A DNA stretch of 63,932 nt, filler included, from Reticulomyxa filosa (GCA_000512085.1; 22 parts of 22 records of this genome joined end to end with filler, not necessarily neighbours in it), one strand, 5' to 3'; positions 50,880 to 63,932 are shown, numbered from the whole stretch's first letter. Program-made: numbers and translations. The notes: a model not told the origin generated them from the letters alone.

Positions 50880-52410
50880 ATGGGTGCGACTTGTTGTAGT
50901 ACAAATAATGCCGATTCAAGTGCGTTGCTGCCTAGAAATGTAGACCGCCAGTCACCAGAAGCAGCGAACGCGGTAAAAAAGGAAGGTATTGAACAGCAAG
51001 AAGCAAACGAAAATAAACCTGGAAAGAAAGACAAGGAGACAAAAAGAAAAAAAGAGAAAAGATAAAAAAAAGCGAGCAAATGGAGCAACAGGTGACACAA
51101 GTGTATCGTCTGAAAGTTCATCAGAAAGTTCAAGTGATGGTGGCTCCACGGAATCGGATGACAAAGAGAATAAGAAAGGAAGTGATGAAGAGCAAGCAGC
51201 AAAACAGAATGGGGTCGACAAAACAGACAAAGAAGAAGAGCAAGAACAAGAGCAAGAGCAAGAAAAAGGGAAAGGTGAAGAAGAGCCACGAACCACATTG
51301 AGTATCGATGAAACGAAATCACATATAACATTGACTAGAGGACAAGGTAAAATAAAATTGTAACAACAACAAAAAAAAAAAAAAACGTAGAAATACGTTT
51401 TTACATAAAAGGGAATATTATATATTATAATATACATATATATATAATATATATATATATAAACATATATATGTATATATATATATATTATTGTATGGCC
51501 TGCTTGTTGTATGAAAGGTTTAACGATAACGTTGACAGCTCCTCCAGGGGAAATAGCGGAATTACCGGGAAAAAGGAAGATAAAAGAGGGTGGCGAAAAT
51601 AGTAACAATAGTGAGGATAATAGTAATAGCAGCAGTGCCGTCTCTTCCAAGCCATCGGAAAAATATGTAACCCCCAACGACGTGGAAAAGCCTCAATGGC
51701 TGGAAAAAGATAATGCATTTTTTAATTCGCTCGGGGAGTTTGTTAGCAAATGCAACACCAATTTGAAAACGGCCATTTGGAAAAAATGCTTCACACGACA
51801 AGAAGCACCGCTTTTGAAGATCTCCACCATTAACGACATTACCAAACTAATCTCTGCAATGGTCATGGTTTATCTCAAGGTATCGAATCAACACTTTTTA
51901 TATATATGTATATATATATATGCATATATATATTTCATATGCCTTTTTTTTTTTTTTTACGTAACTTTTGAAAAGGCCTTTTGGTATAATATATGTGCCA
52001 TTGCTTCCATTGATGGGTGTTGTGAACTAAGTAGGTTCGATCGAAAACAAACGTGAAAGAAAAAGCCATCAGGCCACATGTCACGGGCTGTGCACAATTC
52101 ATTGCTGATGCATATCGTGAAATTATGCAGAAAGATTTTGTGCAAAGCAAGAATTATTTCTCCAGTATGCTCAACCAATACAATGTTATGTTTTATTCAC
52201 AAACATACATATTTATATACTTTATTGATTTATATATGCATACATATACATGTGTGTATGTTTTTTTTTATGTTTATTTACTGCTGGTGTAATCAATTGA
52301 TAAATACAACTTTTTTTTTTTTTTTTTTTTTTGCTTGTTTATTTAGGCGTACCTACAAGACTTCCAAGACGGAAAGGATTCCTAATTTTTCAAAACACAT
52401 TGCGACATTG
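50880..52410 (+). CDS. Putatively N-myristoylated/palmitoylated charged protein with a C-terminal helical domain
   Basis: Starts MGATCCS. A Lys/Glu-rich region has a frame change in the A-runs at ~51040-51070. Later exons lie at ~51519-51879, ~52035-52183 and ~52347 onward. Confidence 0.6.
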
Positions 52411-52975
52411 AATACTTTCTCTTTTTTTTTTTTTTTTTTGTTGTTCTTTCTTCTCTCTTCTCTCACTTTTCTCTTCTTTCTCTCTTTCTCTTCACTTGCA
52501 TGGTTTGTCTCATTCTTTTCCTTTGAGGGAGGTTGTGTACATTTTTTTCCTCGTTTTGCGGTGATATGCAAATTTTTGTACTTCATTTGCTATTGGTCGG
52601 ATGCACTAGTTGTTTGACAACAACAAACTTCTTTGACTAGTGTCACAACTGATTCTAATATGCTGTGATACCCTTTTACTTGTGAACATTACTTTCTTTT
52701 TACAAATTTTTTTTTTTTTTTTTTTGCTCAAGTTTATTGATGTTAACATTTTCTTGTGAGGGAGACGGAGATGCAAAAGGAGGGAGGAAAAAAAAAGCAA
52801 CAAAATGATCCACTATTTAATGTCGAACGTGCAGTTAAAAGTTAGCAGTAAAAAACAAAAAGGGGGTAAGTTTTTTTGGAATATAGTTTTAATTTGAAGT
52901 TTGTCGGAAGAACATTAAGATTGATTCGCAAACGCTCCTCTTCTTTTTTTTTTATTGAACCCGTGGCAAAACAAC

Positions 52976-54634
52976 ATGACCGAGACTGAAAGTGTGAAAT
53001 ACCAAGATTTTTTGGACGTAGCTTTGTTTTGGTTGTTTGAGCTTCTGTCATTGACTCGTTTTTTTATCTTTTCAGTGGTAGTGTTGCTGATTGGCTGCGC
53101 TTTAATGTTTTTCATTTTTTTATTTTTGAGAAAATACGTGTATGAAAAGTATTTGAACCCACGAATTGAAACCTCTCCAAAAACACTGTCAAAGTTGCTG
53201 GTTGTGATTACCGGCTGTGATTCCGGCTTTGGACAGCAATTTGCGCTAACATTTGCCAGCATGGGGTTTACCGTCATTGCGAACTGCTTGACTGACAAAG
53301 GCAAGGTTATAAACAAACAGTTTTTTTAATGTTTGTTTTGTTTTTTTTTTTTAAAAAAAAGCACAATTTTTTTTTTTTGGGGTATGTGCGGGAAATCGAA
53401 AATTTTTTTGTGTGTATGTGGTGTATATGTGGGATCAAATTAAAAAAATGGAAAGGCAAAGAAACATTGGAAGAGCGTTGGTCAATGGCCCCCAGTGACA
53501 TATCCTGTGACGTGGACGAAGATTCATTGGACATGCCGGACGCGGACGACCACCCTATAACAACCAATTCCACCAATGCAAATTGCAACGGGGAGCTATC
53601 TACCGAGTACACAGGCACAACAACAACAACAACAACAACAGCAACAACAAAGAGCAACAAGAATACGGAATCTTCATCCTCATCGTCATCGTTGTCAATA
53701 AGCAGCAATGGCCCCACATACTGTGTCAACAATAACAGCAGTCCATTGTCGACGGTTCGCAATCGCAAGCCTTCTCGACTGCACTGCGTGAAGGGCGACA
53801 CAACCAACTCGCAGGACAACTTGGAGTTGGTAAAGTACGTCGAAACGGTTTGCCTGGAGGACAACCTGCGCATGTGGGGGTTGATAAATAACGCAGGCGT
53901 GCTAAGGGTCGGCGAAATTGAAATGCTCGAGCTGAAAGACTTTATCGATGTCATCAACGTCAATGTCATTGGTAGTATCGATGTTAGCAAACGCTTTCTG
54001 CATCTGCTGCGACAGACAAAGCACTCGCGTGTCATCAACATTTGCAGCGCGTCAAGCATGGCGCCAATGTACGGCTGGGGCACCTACGCCATCAGCTACA
54101 GCGCCATGGAAGCTTTCAGCACCGTGCTGCGTGCTGAGATGAGCGCCATTTGGAAAGTTCACGTCAGCTGCATTTTATGTGGCGCCTTTTCCACACCTTT
54201 GCTTGATAGTGAGAAAAATTTTCAATTCTACATGTCCAGAGTCAAGCAATTGAAAAAACAAATTTTGGAAGATTATTCAATGGTCTTTTTTTATTTATTT
54301 TATTGTCTACCGCCTCCCCCCCTTTTTTTTTTTTTTTTTTTTTAGTGATCTAAAAAAGGGGAGGGGATGTGGAAACAATATTTCAGGAGTATTTCACAGA
54401 AAGTGCCAGCAAATGCGTGCTGGGGACAAAATATGAGGCTGGCAAAGATATCGCACCTGTCATTAACGCAGTTTTGGATGCCATGTTGCGCAGATCACCT
54501 TATAAAAGGTAAATGAAACTGATTTGGAATATCTTTTTATTTGCTTGAATTGAACTCTTTTTTTTTAAGATACATCGTACGGTGGGATGCGTGGATGCTG
54601 TACTTGTTTTCATATCTGCCGCAATGGTTGAAAG
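52976..54634 (+). CDS. Membrane-anchored short-chain dehydrogenase/reductase (RDH/17beta-HSD/BDH1-like) lacking the catalytic Lys
   Basis: N-terminal TM segment, VVITGCDSGFG, WGLINNAGV, VNVIG, RVINICS and YAISYSAMEAFSTVLRAEM. The 3' end is cut by the contig end. Confidence 0.88.
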
Positions 54635-54734
54635 NNNNNNNNNNNNNNNNNNNNNNNNNNNNNNNNNNNNNNNNNNNNTTAATTAATTAANNNNNNNNNN
54701 NNNNNNNNNNNNNNNNNNNNNNNNNNNNNNNNNN

Positions 54735-54768
<34 letters not shown>

Positions 54769-54837
54769 AAAAATAGACTTTTTTTTTTTTTTAAAAAAAA
54801 AAAAGGGACCCCCCTTCAACCACCAACACCCTCTCTT

Positions 54838-57766
54838 TCATTTGTACAATCTTTTGTCGTTTTTTGTTTTGGTATTGGTGACAGGATGATTCGGAGCGTC
54901 TATAGTGACAAGCGGATCTGAAGAGGCGAGTTCAGGCTCATCATCTTCTTGTTCTTGATCGTGCTTTGATTGGATTACATCAGCCACGTCTTCCTTTGAG
55001 ACAATATCGTAGTCCTCATGGCTCTTTGCGTCGGTCGTCAAAGACGAAGCATCAAAATGGACTACGTTACGACTATCAAAGTGTGCAATGTTTTCTTTCT
55101 TATCTTGTTCGGCAGCGGCAGCGGCGGTGGCGGTGGCGGTGGCGACGATGACAACGGGCTTATATTGACTGTGGAGTGGCTCTTTTGGGAACAGCAATGG
55201 CGACCATTTGTTCTTGCTCTCTTCCATTCCTTTGCGACTGCTCATCATCGATCGCTGTATCTTCGCGTCGGGAATAGGGACTGACGCTGTGCGCGATTGC
55301 ACATCCGATGGATTCCCTGCGCTGCTTCGACGATGTAAGCGATGAGTACCACGTAAAGAAAGACTGACAGCCTCGTTGGCGTGCACGTGCGATCGATCGG
55401 TGGCCATTGGAATCGGCACGCTCGAATTGGAGAAAGGTCCATGTGTTTGTGTTTGCGTTTGCGTTTGTGTTTGAAGGGAATAGTTTACCACCTCTTTTTG
55501 TGCAGTATACGTCGGAGACTCGGGCTCGTTGGATTTCGTTTCATCTTTGTCTGCCACGATGGATGACCGTGCCGAGCGGAAAGCATCTTCCACGATTTCG
55601 GACGCAGGGTATTGCAACACGAATTGGGGACGGAACATTCCAGTGTCGATGGAATTAAAATCCAAAAACTCCTCGTCGGTTATTATGATCCGACGCATGT
55701 GCGCCATAAAACGCTGCTGGTAGTAATACGGCTCCACGCAACTGATCCCCGCTACGGGTTGTCGCAATACCCAAGTCTTGAAATAGTACTCCATTTTTTT
55801 GGTCCAATTCCATTCTTGTAGCATATCGATCATTCCAATGTAATAAATACCTGGACCTTCAATTATCTGTTGTTTTTTTTATAAAAAAAATCTTTGTTAT
55901 TATCTAGGTTGGAAAGACAATCCATTACATTGCTTAATGTTTATTCTTAACTTGTGCTCGAACACCGCCATGGAAATCGGACAACAAATTTTCGGGCTCT
56001 TTCCCCTCGGTATTGCCTCCGCTTTTGGACGGATGGCTCTTTGGTCGGGACAAGAATCCTCGGGAGTCCCTTGGAGGGTTGGGCGCTATCTTCATGTAGT
56101 AGATGCCCAACAATAGCGAGTAGTCCATGACACCGAGGTCGCGCATGAATATGGAGTCACTTTCTAATTGGTATAAAATCTTTTCGCGAATACTTTTCGA
56201 TACGATCACATAACGATTCAAATCCATATCTTTCATTACTTTCTGTTATTCGTACATATAAATATAAATATAAATATATATATATATGTATATATGTATA
56301 TAGTATTTGTTTATATATTTATATAAAAGAGAAAAAAATAGGCAACTCCAGAGTTAATCCCAGCGTGGGTATGTCGGCCAACCCAACTCCCTTTCAAATC
56401 ATAAACCTCATGTGGCTTTAAATCGGCTAAGAAAATATTCTCCATGACAACAAAATACAATGTCAGATTGTACATTCGACAAGAGTGCAGACCGACAAAC
56501 AGGTTTAAAGCGGAGTCTGGATTGTCCAATAAGTACTCGATGTACCGTTTCAATATCGATATGAGGAAAGTGCATTCGGTTTTCGTTATGGTTTTCACCA
56601 AAAATCGGCTGCTGTGAGTAAAATAGAAAAATGCACCAGATCGACCTTCATCCCAAAACACACAAATATATGTATTATTTTTTGTTGTTTTTTTTTTTTA
56701 CGAGGTTCATTCAGCAATTTTCTCTTCGATAGTTCAAAAAAAAAAAAACAAAGCAAAACAAAAATACCTTCTCCAAACTTGGCATCCAATACATCTTTTT
56801 GTTGCAAGACAGTGGGTGGGATGATTGAGTCCACATAGTCTTTTTCGTTGAGGTCAAGCAGTCGTTTGCGAAGAAAGCGAAATGCCTAAACAAGATGCAC
56901 ACATACATGCATATATACATATATACATATATACATATATACATATATACATGTGCAGAAATATATGTAATATACGCAAATAGCATTGCAAGCAGACAAA
57001 ACGCAAAAATATGGCAAAAAAAAAAAAGACAAACAACAAGATACCAATGGGGCATAGTCAGTGAATTCTCTTTCTTGCTGGACTTCTTTTTCTTCTTCGG
57101 AACTGGGAACAAGGGACTCGGTGTAATTAATGGGCGACTCAACTTTCAGCTGTTTGGATTTCTTTTCGACGACATCCGTCTCTTCCACTTTTTCTTCGGG
57201 CCGTTGTGAGGACGCCTGCTGAGGGCCGCGACGACGAGACGTCGAGACGAGTTCGTGATTGTGCTTGATCCGCAGACCAAATCTGCAATACCAACAAAGC
57301 CAACATGCAAAGAGTGAAACTACTCAAACAAACATTAATATAACTCAAACACACCGCGAGACAGCCAAGATGGACACATCATTAATCGAAGACGGATACA
57401 AGTCTTGGCTCGGTATGGTCATTGCTGTTATTCCAGTTTTCTGTGCTAATATTTTCGTTTTTTCGACTGACTGCGCAATTCCATCCGTCGTCAATGCCAA
57501 CACTTCTCTTCGTAATGCTCGGTTAATTGTATGTCGGTCGTCTTGTGATTGTTTCATCGACAAACTATCGGCATTATACATATATGTATATGTACATATG
57601 AATGTTTGAAATGTAACAATTTAAAAGTGCAATTTACAAAACTTAGTCAATTTGGAAGTAAATCGAGTAGGCTGTCTCGAGTGGTACAATTCGCCAGGCT
57701 TTGGGGGCTGTCTCGACCAAGATTTCTTTTCCGAAGCAAGAGGTTCTGTTGTCATCGTTCCTGTGT
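54838..57766 (-). CDS. Phosphatidylinositol-phosphate 5-kinase (PIP5K/PIPK), probably the C-terminal half of a GPCR-PIPK
   Basis: FTDYAPLV, GRSGAFFYFT...FLVKT, YFVVMENIF, YDLKGS, KDMD, MDYSLLLGI, YIGMIDMLQ and ISCVEP..YQQRF. Upstream lies INRALRREVLALTTDGI. Confidence 0.93.
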
Positions 57767-57866
57767 NNNNNNNNNNNNNNNNNNNNNNNNNNNNNNNNNN
57801 NNNNNNNNNNTTAATTAATTAANNNNNNNNNNNNNNNNNNNNNNNNNNNNNNNNNNNNNNNNNNNN

Positions 57867-59080
57867 GGAGCCATTTGCGGACAATACGGTGGGTAATTAC
57901 ACACGAGTGGAAAAGCTGCAGTGCAGGAAAGACTCGCGCGACCAACGCAACTACGAATTCGAAGTGGGAGTCGAAATTGCTCTAGTGACTGGCATATTTC
58001 GAGGTTTGATCAAACGTATCACATTGGCTCCAAGACATATTATTCATAATTGTTTTGGCGATGCCATTGAAATCCGACAAATTTGTTTTGTTTCTATTAC
58101 TATATTTCTTGAACAATGAATGCTATGGATATTTGTTTGATTAGATCCAAGTAAACTCGAGCGAGATCAACAGCAACAAACCCATTCGATTGGTACAAAA
58201 TGGATATATCTACTTCCATTGGAACGCGCCAGTGAAGCGTAAGGCCTTTCAATTCCGCATCGTACCGCATTCAGAAGCAGATGGAATGAGCACTCCGACC
58301 ACGGCCGACAGCAACACGGTCGAGCTTTGTGAATATTGGCGATGTGGGCAACAATGTGATTCGCATTCGACGTGAGACAGCGCCGACGTTAGATCTGCTG
58401 AGCATTCAAACGACGAAGATTTTGTTGGAAATCAAAGGGACAAAGTTGAAGCAATACAAAGTTGCGAACGAGCATAGCTATCTCAAAATCAAGTTTGCCG
58501 AAAGCAATATGGTGTTATATTACGCAATCGAAATGCATGGTCCGACAAAGGCGTTGATTATTTGCGATTTCAAAATCCCAAAGCACGAAAAAGTGAGCCA
58601 ATTGAAACTGAAAGGATTGGACCTGAAGCCATTATTGGAGGGCCGATTGCTCGAGGGAATTGGAAAAGACACTATCGACGATATCTCAATGCTCCAACAT
58701 CAACAGGCTTTCCATCGCATTGCCATTTACAAGGTGTTCAATGAAAATACCAAACACACTTTAGTCGATAGCTTCGTTATCTTGCGCGTTGGCAAATAAA
58801 TACGAAAATTACGACTGGGCGAAGATCTGTTTGCTGAAGCAGCTGTTGCCATTGAAGACTTTTTCACTCCGAGATCCAGACAAAGTTTTTCTTTTTCTAT
58901 ATCTTTGCTTTTGTTTTTGTTTAATGAGTTGTGAATCTTGCATTGCTTTGCCCAATTCAGACAAACTAAAGGTGGAGATTTGAGCCATCGGCCATGACCA
59001 AAAGGAAGTAATGCTTGTGTACGCCGAGCTGCAGCAAAGTCAAGCTTTTAACGTGAATGAAGAAAAAAAGAGCGGCAAAT
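57867..59080 (+). CDS. VPS13: VPS13-family lipid transfer protein, internal (VAB/SHR-BD region) fragment
   Basis: EVGVEIALVTGIF...KRITLAPRHIIHN....IEIRQ, YFHW, YKVAN and GPTKALII fit the VPS13 adaptor-binding repeats. Confidence 0.7.
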
Positions 59081-59449
59081 GATAATAAGAAAAAAACTAT
59101 CGGAGAAAAGTCAGAGCTATTTGAAACTGACGATGTTAAATGCATACTTTATTTCTTTCAACATAACCTTCAATCATCCCCCTCCTTTTTGTAAAGGAAT
59201 GAAAAAAAAAACATTGCAAAAAAATATTGTTTAGGTGAACAAAAGTGGATAATACTGCCTTTGAAAATGCAAGCGGTCTCATTGCAACCCATNNNNNNNN
59301 NNNNNNNNNNNNNNNNNNNNNNNNNNNNNNNNNNNNTTAATTAATTAANNNNNNNNNNNNNNNNNNNNNNNNNNNNNNNNNNNNNNNNNNNNATATATAT
59401 GTACATATATATGTATATGTATATATGTATATATAATATAATATAATAT

Positions 59450-59639
59450 ACCCGTTTCAATGTCATTCATAAACAACGGCAGCAGAAAACATTCGTCCAC
59501 TAATTGGTGGATTCGCTTTCTTGGGAGCGATGGACGCGTGGGCTTTTTGTCGGCGTGATCACTGCTGATTATGTCTATCTCTTCGTCCGATTCGTCTTCG
59601 TCTGTCAATACAATTGTATCGGGGTTCGCTCGGCTTGTC

Positions 59640-59713
<74 letters not shown>

Positions 59714-59865
59714 GTTATTGATGTTGGAAATGATCACTGGCTTGACATTATTTGTGCTTCTTGTCTTTTCCTTTTCCTTTTCTTTGTCACTGTCACTGTT
59801 GTCATCGATCTCAATTTCTATTCGCTCCTTCTTCACTCCTTCTTTGCACTTTTCTAACATCCATT
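59450..59865 (-). CDS. Unknown protein exon with long poly-Asn tract
   Basis: ORF with (AAT)n and acidic patches such as TIVLTDEDESDEEIDIIS. An upstream exon is likely at ~60175-60365. Confidence 0.5.
59639..59717. repeat. (TTA)n microsatellite encoding poly-Asn
   Basis: Long perfect TTA run seen directly. Confidence 0.95.
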
Positions 59866-61120
59866 TTCATTTTGTTTTGTTTTGTTTATTTTTTATTCAT
59901 TCCTTCCCTCACCTCTCACCTCTCACCTCTCTCACCCCCCCCACCTAAAAATTATTTTAAAAAAAAAAATTTGCAACCAATCAAAAACCTACTTTCGTAT
60001 TACACTTTTTATTGAAACACTCATTGTTTTTCTCCTTTCTCCTCTTTTGCTTTCTTTTTTTTCTTCTTTTCTTCACTCAGAATTTGGATGCGATTTTGCT
60101 TGGAGGAAGAGGAGATGCACATGAAACGGCGAAAAGCACTATGCATGCATATGCAACAAATCGGTGGGCATACCTGCTTTACTTCGGCTTTCGACTTTTG
60201 GATTGGTTATCAGCTGAACTTTTTTTTCGACTGTAGAGCCTGAACTCGTCAAATCAGTACATAATCTCCGACGCTTGCGGATTGGCTCTTCGCAGTCCAC
60301 TGCTATTGCCTCAATCTGATCTCCTTTTTGTCTACTCAAGCCACGTTTTAGGAGGTTATTATCCATTGTGTTTGGATAGTGCAATATAATAATCCAGAAA
60401 AAAAAAAAGGGGGAGAAGAAAATGCCTTTGTCAACGGTGCAGACTTTTGGTTTTGTTGTGTGTTTTTTTTTTAAGAGACTTTGGTGTTAAATAAAGTTTG
60501 GAGAAAGCATAACAATTTGTCGCTTGAAAAGAATTCCGGACAAAGATTCAATTGAAGAAATACATGCATTTGAGCCAAACTTGTAACCGATTAGTTATAT
60601 TACATATTCACATATTTATGAACTTGTTTCAACGAGAGTCCGTTTGCAGCATACTGGAACTACAAAATAAGACCAATAGACATGCATTTTACAACACCAA
60701 GTTATTTCAGTTTATGCATACGCATTAACTTTGGTTTGGGATTGAAAACGTTGAGGATTTTTTTTTTTTTAAGTGCATACATTTTTATTTCCCCTTTCTG
60801 GAACTTGGAAATCATTACAACCTCCGAACGTTGGTCGAAATAACAAAACACTCCCAAGAAACTAAAAATGTCTTCCTTATCGTTGGAGGACACTTTAATG
60901 CAATTGGACAAGGATTTTTTTAGGCTGGAGGGCGCGTATGCAAAAGACGCATCCCAGCTGTCGGCTTTGTGTCTTTCTGAGCCAGACAAGTTTGGAAAAA
61001 TTACAACCAAGGACATTGTATCGCATTGGAGTATGTTATTGAATCAGAGAAGCGTTATTTTCTCTCATTATTTAATGTTTGGAGGAAAACAGACTCAGAA
61101 TATTTCATCCTAAAACTTTG

Positions 61121-61162
<42 letters not shown>

Positions 61163-61262
61163 NNNNNNNNNNNNNNNNNNNNNNNNNNNNNNNNNNNNNN
61201 NNNNNNTTAATTAATTAANNNNNNNNNNNNNNNNNNNNNNNNNNNNNNNNNNNNNNNNNNNN

Positions 61263-61602
61263 GGCCAATACGACAGTTGGAATTACCTATTTTTGTTTTT
61301 TGGAACACAATAATGATGACAAACATAATAAAAATTGTATCGCTGTACCCACTCATTTTTTCAAAGTATTATTAACAAAGAATGAAAAGATAGAACAGTT
61401 TGAAACTGCGTCTTTCATTATGTCAAATCACCATATTACAGAAAATTTGCCTCTGTCTGCATATCAATGTGAAGTGACTGATATCGAAAAGTGCACTGGT
61501 TTGCAATTTTTTACAAAAGCGGCAAATAATGATCAATTATATAAAATGGATTTACAACAACTGTTTGAACAATTACATTTATCTAATGAAGACAAAAATT
61601 GA
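61263..61602 (+). CDS. DNA/RNA non-specific endonuclease (EndoG/NUC1-like), C-terminal part
   Basis: IAVPTHFFKVLL...ASFIMSN..I....PLSAY...VTDIEKCTGLQFF. Confidence 0.82.
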
Positions 61603-61965
61603 ATTCAATGATGGTCCATTGGCAGACATTTAAAATTTGGATTTGCAATTTTACCACAATATAATAATGCAGAGACTATTTCTTTATCTTTAGAATCTGT
61701 CCATGTAATTTGTACTAATGTTTGTTCATATCCTCCTTTTTCTCTTTCATCCAAATGATTAATACTTCATTAATTTAATCTTCTGGAATTTCACAAGCGA
61801 GTCCATAAATACCAGTTTGAATGATTGTTTTGTCTTGTCTCTGTTGCCTCCAAAGTAAAAATATCTGCAGTTGGAATAAGTGTACATACTAATCCTGGAA
61901 ACGATGGTGTTCCACGATGATCAGTACTCAATTGCCAAAAAACGTCTTTCATAACCAGACAACCT
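61600..61965 (-). pseudogene. ChaC (glutathione-specific gamma-glutamylcyclotransferase) pseudogene
   Basis: LSGYERRF/WQLSTDHRGTPSFPGLVCTL, GIYGLACEIPED*, HLDEREKGGY, ALLYCG..NPNF and SANGPS, interrupted by several frameshifts, a stop and a deletion. Confidence 0.8.
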
Positions 61966-62863
61966 TTTTTTCACAAGGCAAGCAGAACTAAAAAGAAAAA
62001 ATTTTAAAAAATGTACCTTTTTTCTTTGGAAAAGAACTTATTTGTTAGAAGATAGTTAGCATGCTTGAATTTTTCAATGAAATTTTATCTGTTCTAACAT
62101 TTAGTATTTTTCAGACTATTGTCATTAACTCTAAATTTTTAAAACTTCATCTTTTTTTGAAAATATAATTGTGATTACTTTTAACAATATCCTTGTTTTG
62201 AATGTTTTTTTAATCAGCCATAAGTTGTTACAACTGATTGGTTGCTCATCAAAATAAATAGAGAAAAGCAGAATAATGATTTTAAAAAATAATCTTTTTT
62301 AAAAAAAAAATGCATCAATAGCACTCCAATTTATTGAGTCCTTTCGAACTCAATTCTAGTATTGTCTATTTGGGTTTATTTTTTATTTCAAGCACTCTGA
62401 CGATGGGCTGTTATGGAACCGTGTACACCTTTCTCACTCTCCATGAATTTTGTGTTTCCGTGATAGTACTATCCCCTTTTTTCTCTCTTCTTCCAATTAT
62501 GTTATTAGTCCATTTTTAATGAAATTGTTCACAAATTTTTCAAAAACACGAGCACATTCAACATAAATAATACCTTTTCTCCATTATCAATTTGTGCTCA
62601 AAGTTCACATCAAGGGCCAACTAAAAAAAACATTATTATTCAAACGAAGCAGCCCAACATAAAAATCCTTTGCAATGAAATCATCTCGCTTCTTATGCAA
62701 TAAAACTTTGTTAAAGAGGAGGCACTTTTTATCTTCCAGAGCGTTTTACCTGCGAACATTTTCNNNNNNNNNNNNNNNNNNNNNNNNNNNNNNNNNNNNN
62801 NNNNNNNTTAATTAATTAANNNNNNNNNNNNNNNNNNNNNNNNNNNNNNNNNNNNNNNNNNNN

Positions 62864-62889
<26 letters not shown>

Positions 62890-62894
<5 letters not shown>

Positions 62895-63132
62895 TTTTGT
62901 ACGCAACTTGTTTCTGTGTGTCTCCGAATGAGCATAAGACAGAGGACCATTTGGCAAAGCAACCCCCAAAACCACCATCGGCCTGCGGTCACATTCGACA
63001 CTACAGCCGAAGAGCCGGTCAGAAACTTGGCCTTAGCCAAGTATACTTTAGCATCGTGATACCAATACACGCCATAAAACAATGCCATTGCCAGCGACAG
63101 CAACTTTTTTTTTTTTTTTTTTTTTTTTCCCC

Positions 63133-63166
<34 letters not shown>

Positions 63167-63669
63167 TTAATAATGATAACTTTGAAAACAACTTCTTCGT
63201 TGGATTCTAAAACGGTAAAGAATTTCTCAGTTTCATTTAATGATTTGAACAAACGAAAGCCCTTGCGACATTGCGACAAGTCCGCCGCCAAATTATTCAA
63301 ACGTTGGGAAAATTCATTGTGCTTTCCGCTTACAATCAAATACGCTAACAGTTTGCTTGAGTATTGTAGCCATTTCGTAAATTTGTCACGTCCGCCTACG
63401 CATACACATACACACACATAATACACACATGCGCATACGCATACATTTCGAATGTTTCTGTGAGATTTGTTTTTTGTAAACGTCAATCCCGAACCGAGGC
63501 CGTTCAAAAGGGTGTTGAAACGCTTCAATTCCTTCTTTTCAAGCGCGAGGCTGTTGCCTGGAGCCTGTCGGTTTGCAAAATGTCACAACCAACATTCGAT
63601 TGATACAATTGATCAGAGATACATGTTATTGACAGTGAGTAAACAAAAATAAATAACTTTCAGGGCCAT
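62890..63669 (-). CDS. PEX11: Peroxisomal biogenesis factor 11; 3' end missing
   Basis: LKRFNTLLNGL, an intron, then GGRDKFTKWLQYSSKLLAY...LAADLSQCRKGFRLFKSL. The next exon has YWYHDAKVYLAKAKFL...AGRWWFWGL. Probable start ATG at 63669. Confidence 0.85.
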
Positions 63670-63932
63670 ATTGTGTATTTGCTGCGACTGAATACGCTGT
63701 CAAAAGTGTATTATTTTTACACGGTTGCCCCTTTCTCTGTTCTTTTCAAACTGGTCCACGTTGAAATAGGTATGCTATTGGTCCGTGTTCTTGACAAAAT
63801 TGTGTCGTTAGTGCAAAAAAAAAAAAAGAAGAGTTTACAATAGAAGAGACCGAACAGTCTGCGCTTTCTTCTTTTTGGTAAGAAAAAAAGGGGGCAGCGA
63901 AGGAGGGGAGAAACCCAAAAAAAAAACTAGAA

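Noticed and set aside
9365-62863. Recurrent TTAATTAATTAA flanked by Ns as a biological repeat or CRISPR-like array
   Set aside because: Identical 100-nt spacer with six-frame stops; an artefact of contig concatenation. Cross-contig gene neighbourhoods were therefore not interpreted.
1-63932. rRNA, tRNA, CRISPR arrays, prokaryotic operons or an alternative genetic code
   Set aside because: None seen by eye. Intact genes translate with the standard code and end in TAA or TGA, and internal stops co-occur with frameshifts, as in pseudogenes.

Overview
This is not contiguous DNA. It is 22 short eukaryotic contigs joined by an artificial 100-nt linker (N44-TTAATTAATTAA-N44), so gene order is only meaningful within a contig. 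The AT-rich sequence, short GT-AG introns, EFL-type elongation factor, and the expanded WD40, Kelch-like and TPR families with much pseudogene debris point to a foraminiferan, most likely Reticulomyxa filosa (inference from family recognition, not a search). Recognisable genes, many partial: an LRR protein with about 10 TM helices, two WD40 genes, a Kelch-like gene, EFL, a TPR protein, PT-repeat surface proteins, a kynurenine-aminotransferase-like enzyme, PSMG4-like, a Ras-family GTPase, a CAP-Gly protein, an FCP1/SCP-type phosphatase, a CAMK/CDPK-type kinase, an SDR, a PIP5K, VPS13, an EndoG-like nuclease and PEX11. There is also a decayed LINE fragment and a dispersed repeat of about 120 bp. 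The most notable observations are: (1) a module of about 35 aa on its own phase-0 exon, at the N-terminus of the WD40 proteins and the C-terminus of the Kelch protein; (2) an EFL with an intact spliced ORF but destroyed G1 and G3 motifs; (3) a plant-type LRR ectodomain built from 72-nt-unit phase-2 exons and fused to a kinase-less multipass domain with a TMC/OSCA-like segment; (4) a PIP5K carrying the LR(x9)GI motif of GPCR-PIPK fusions.
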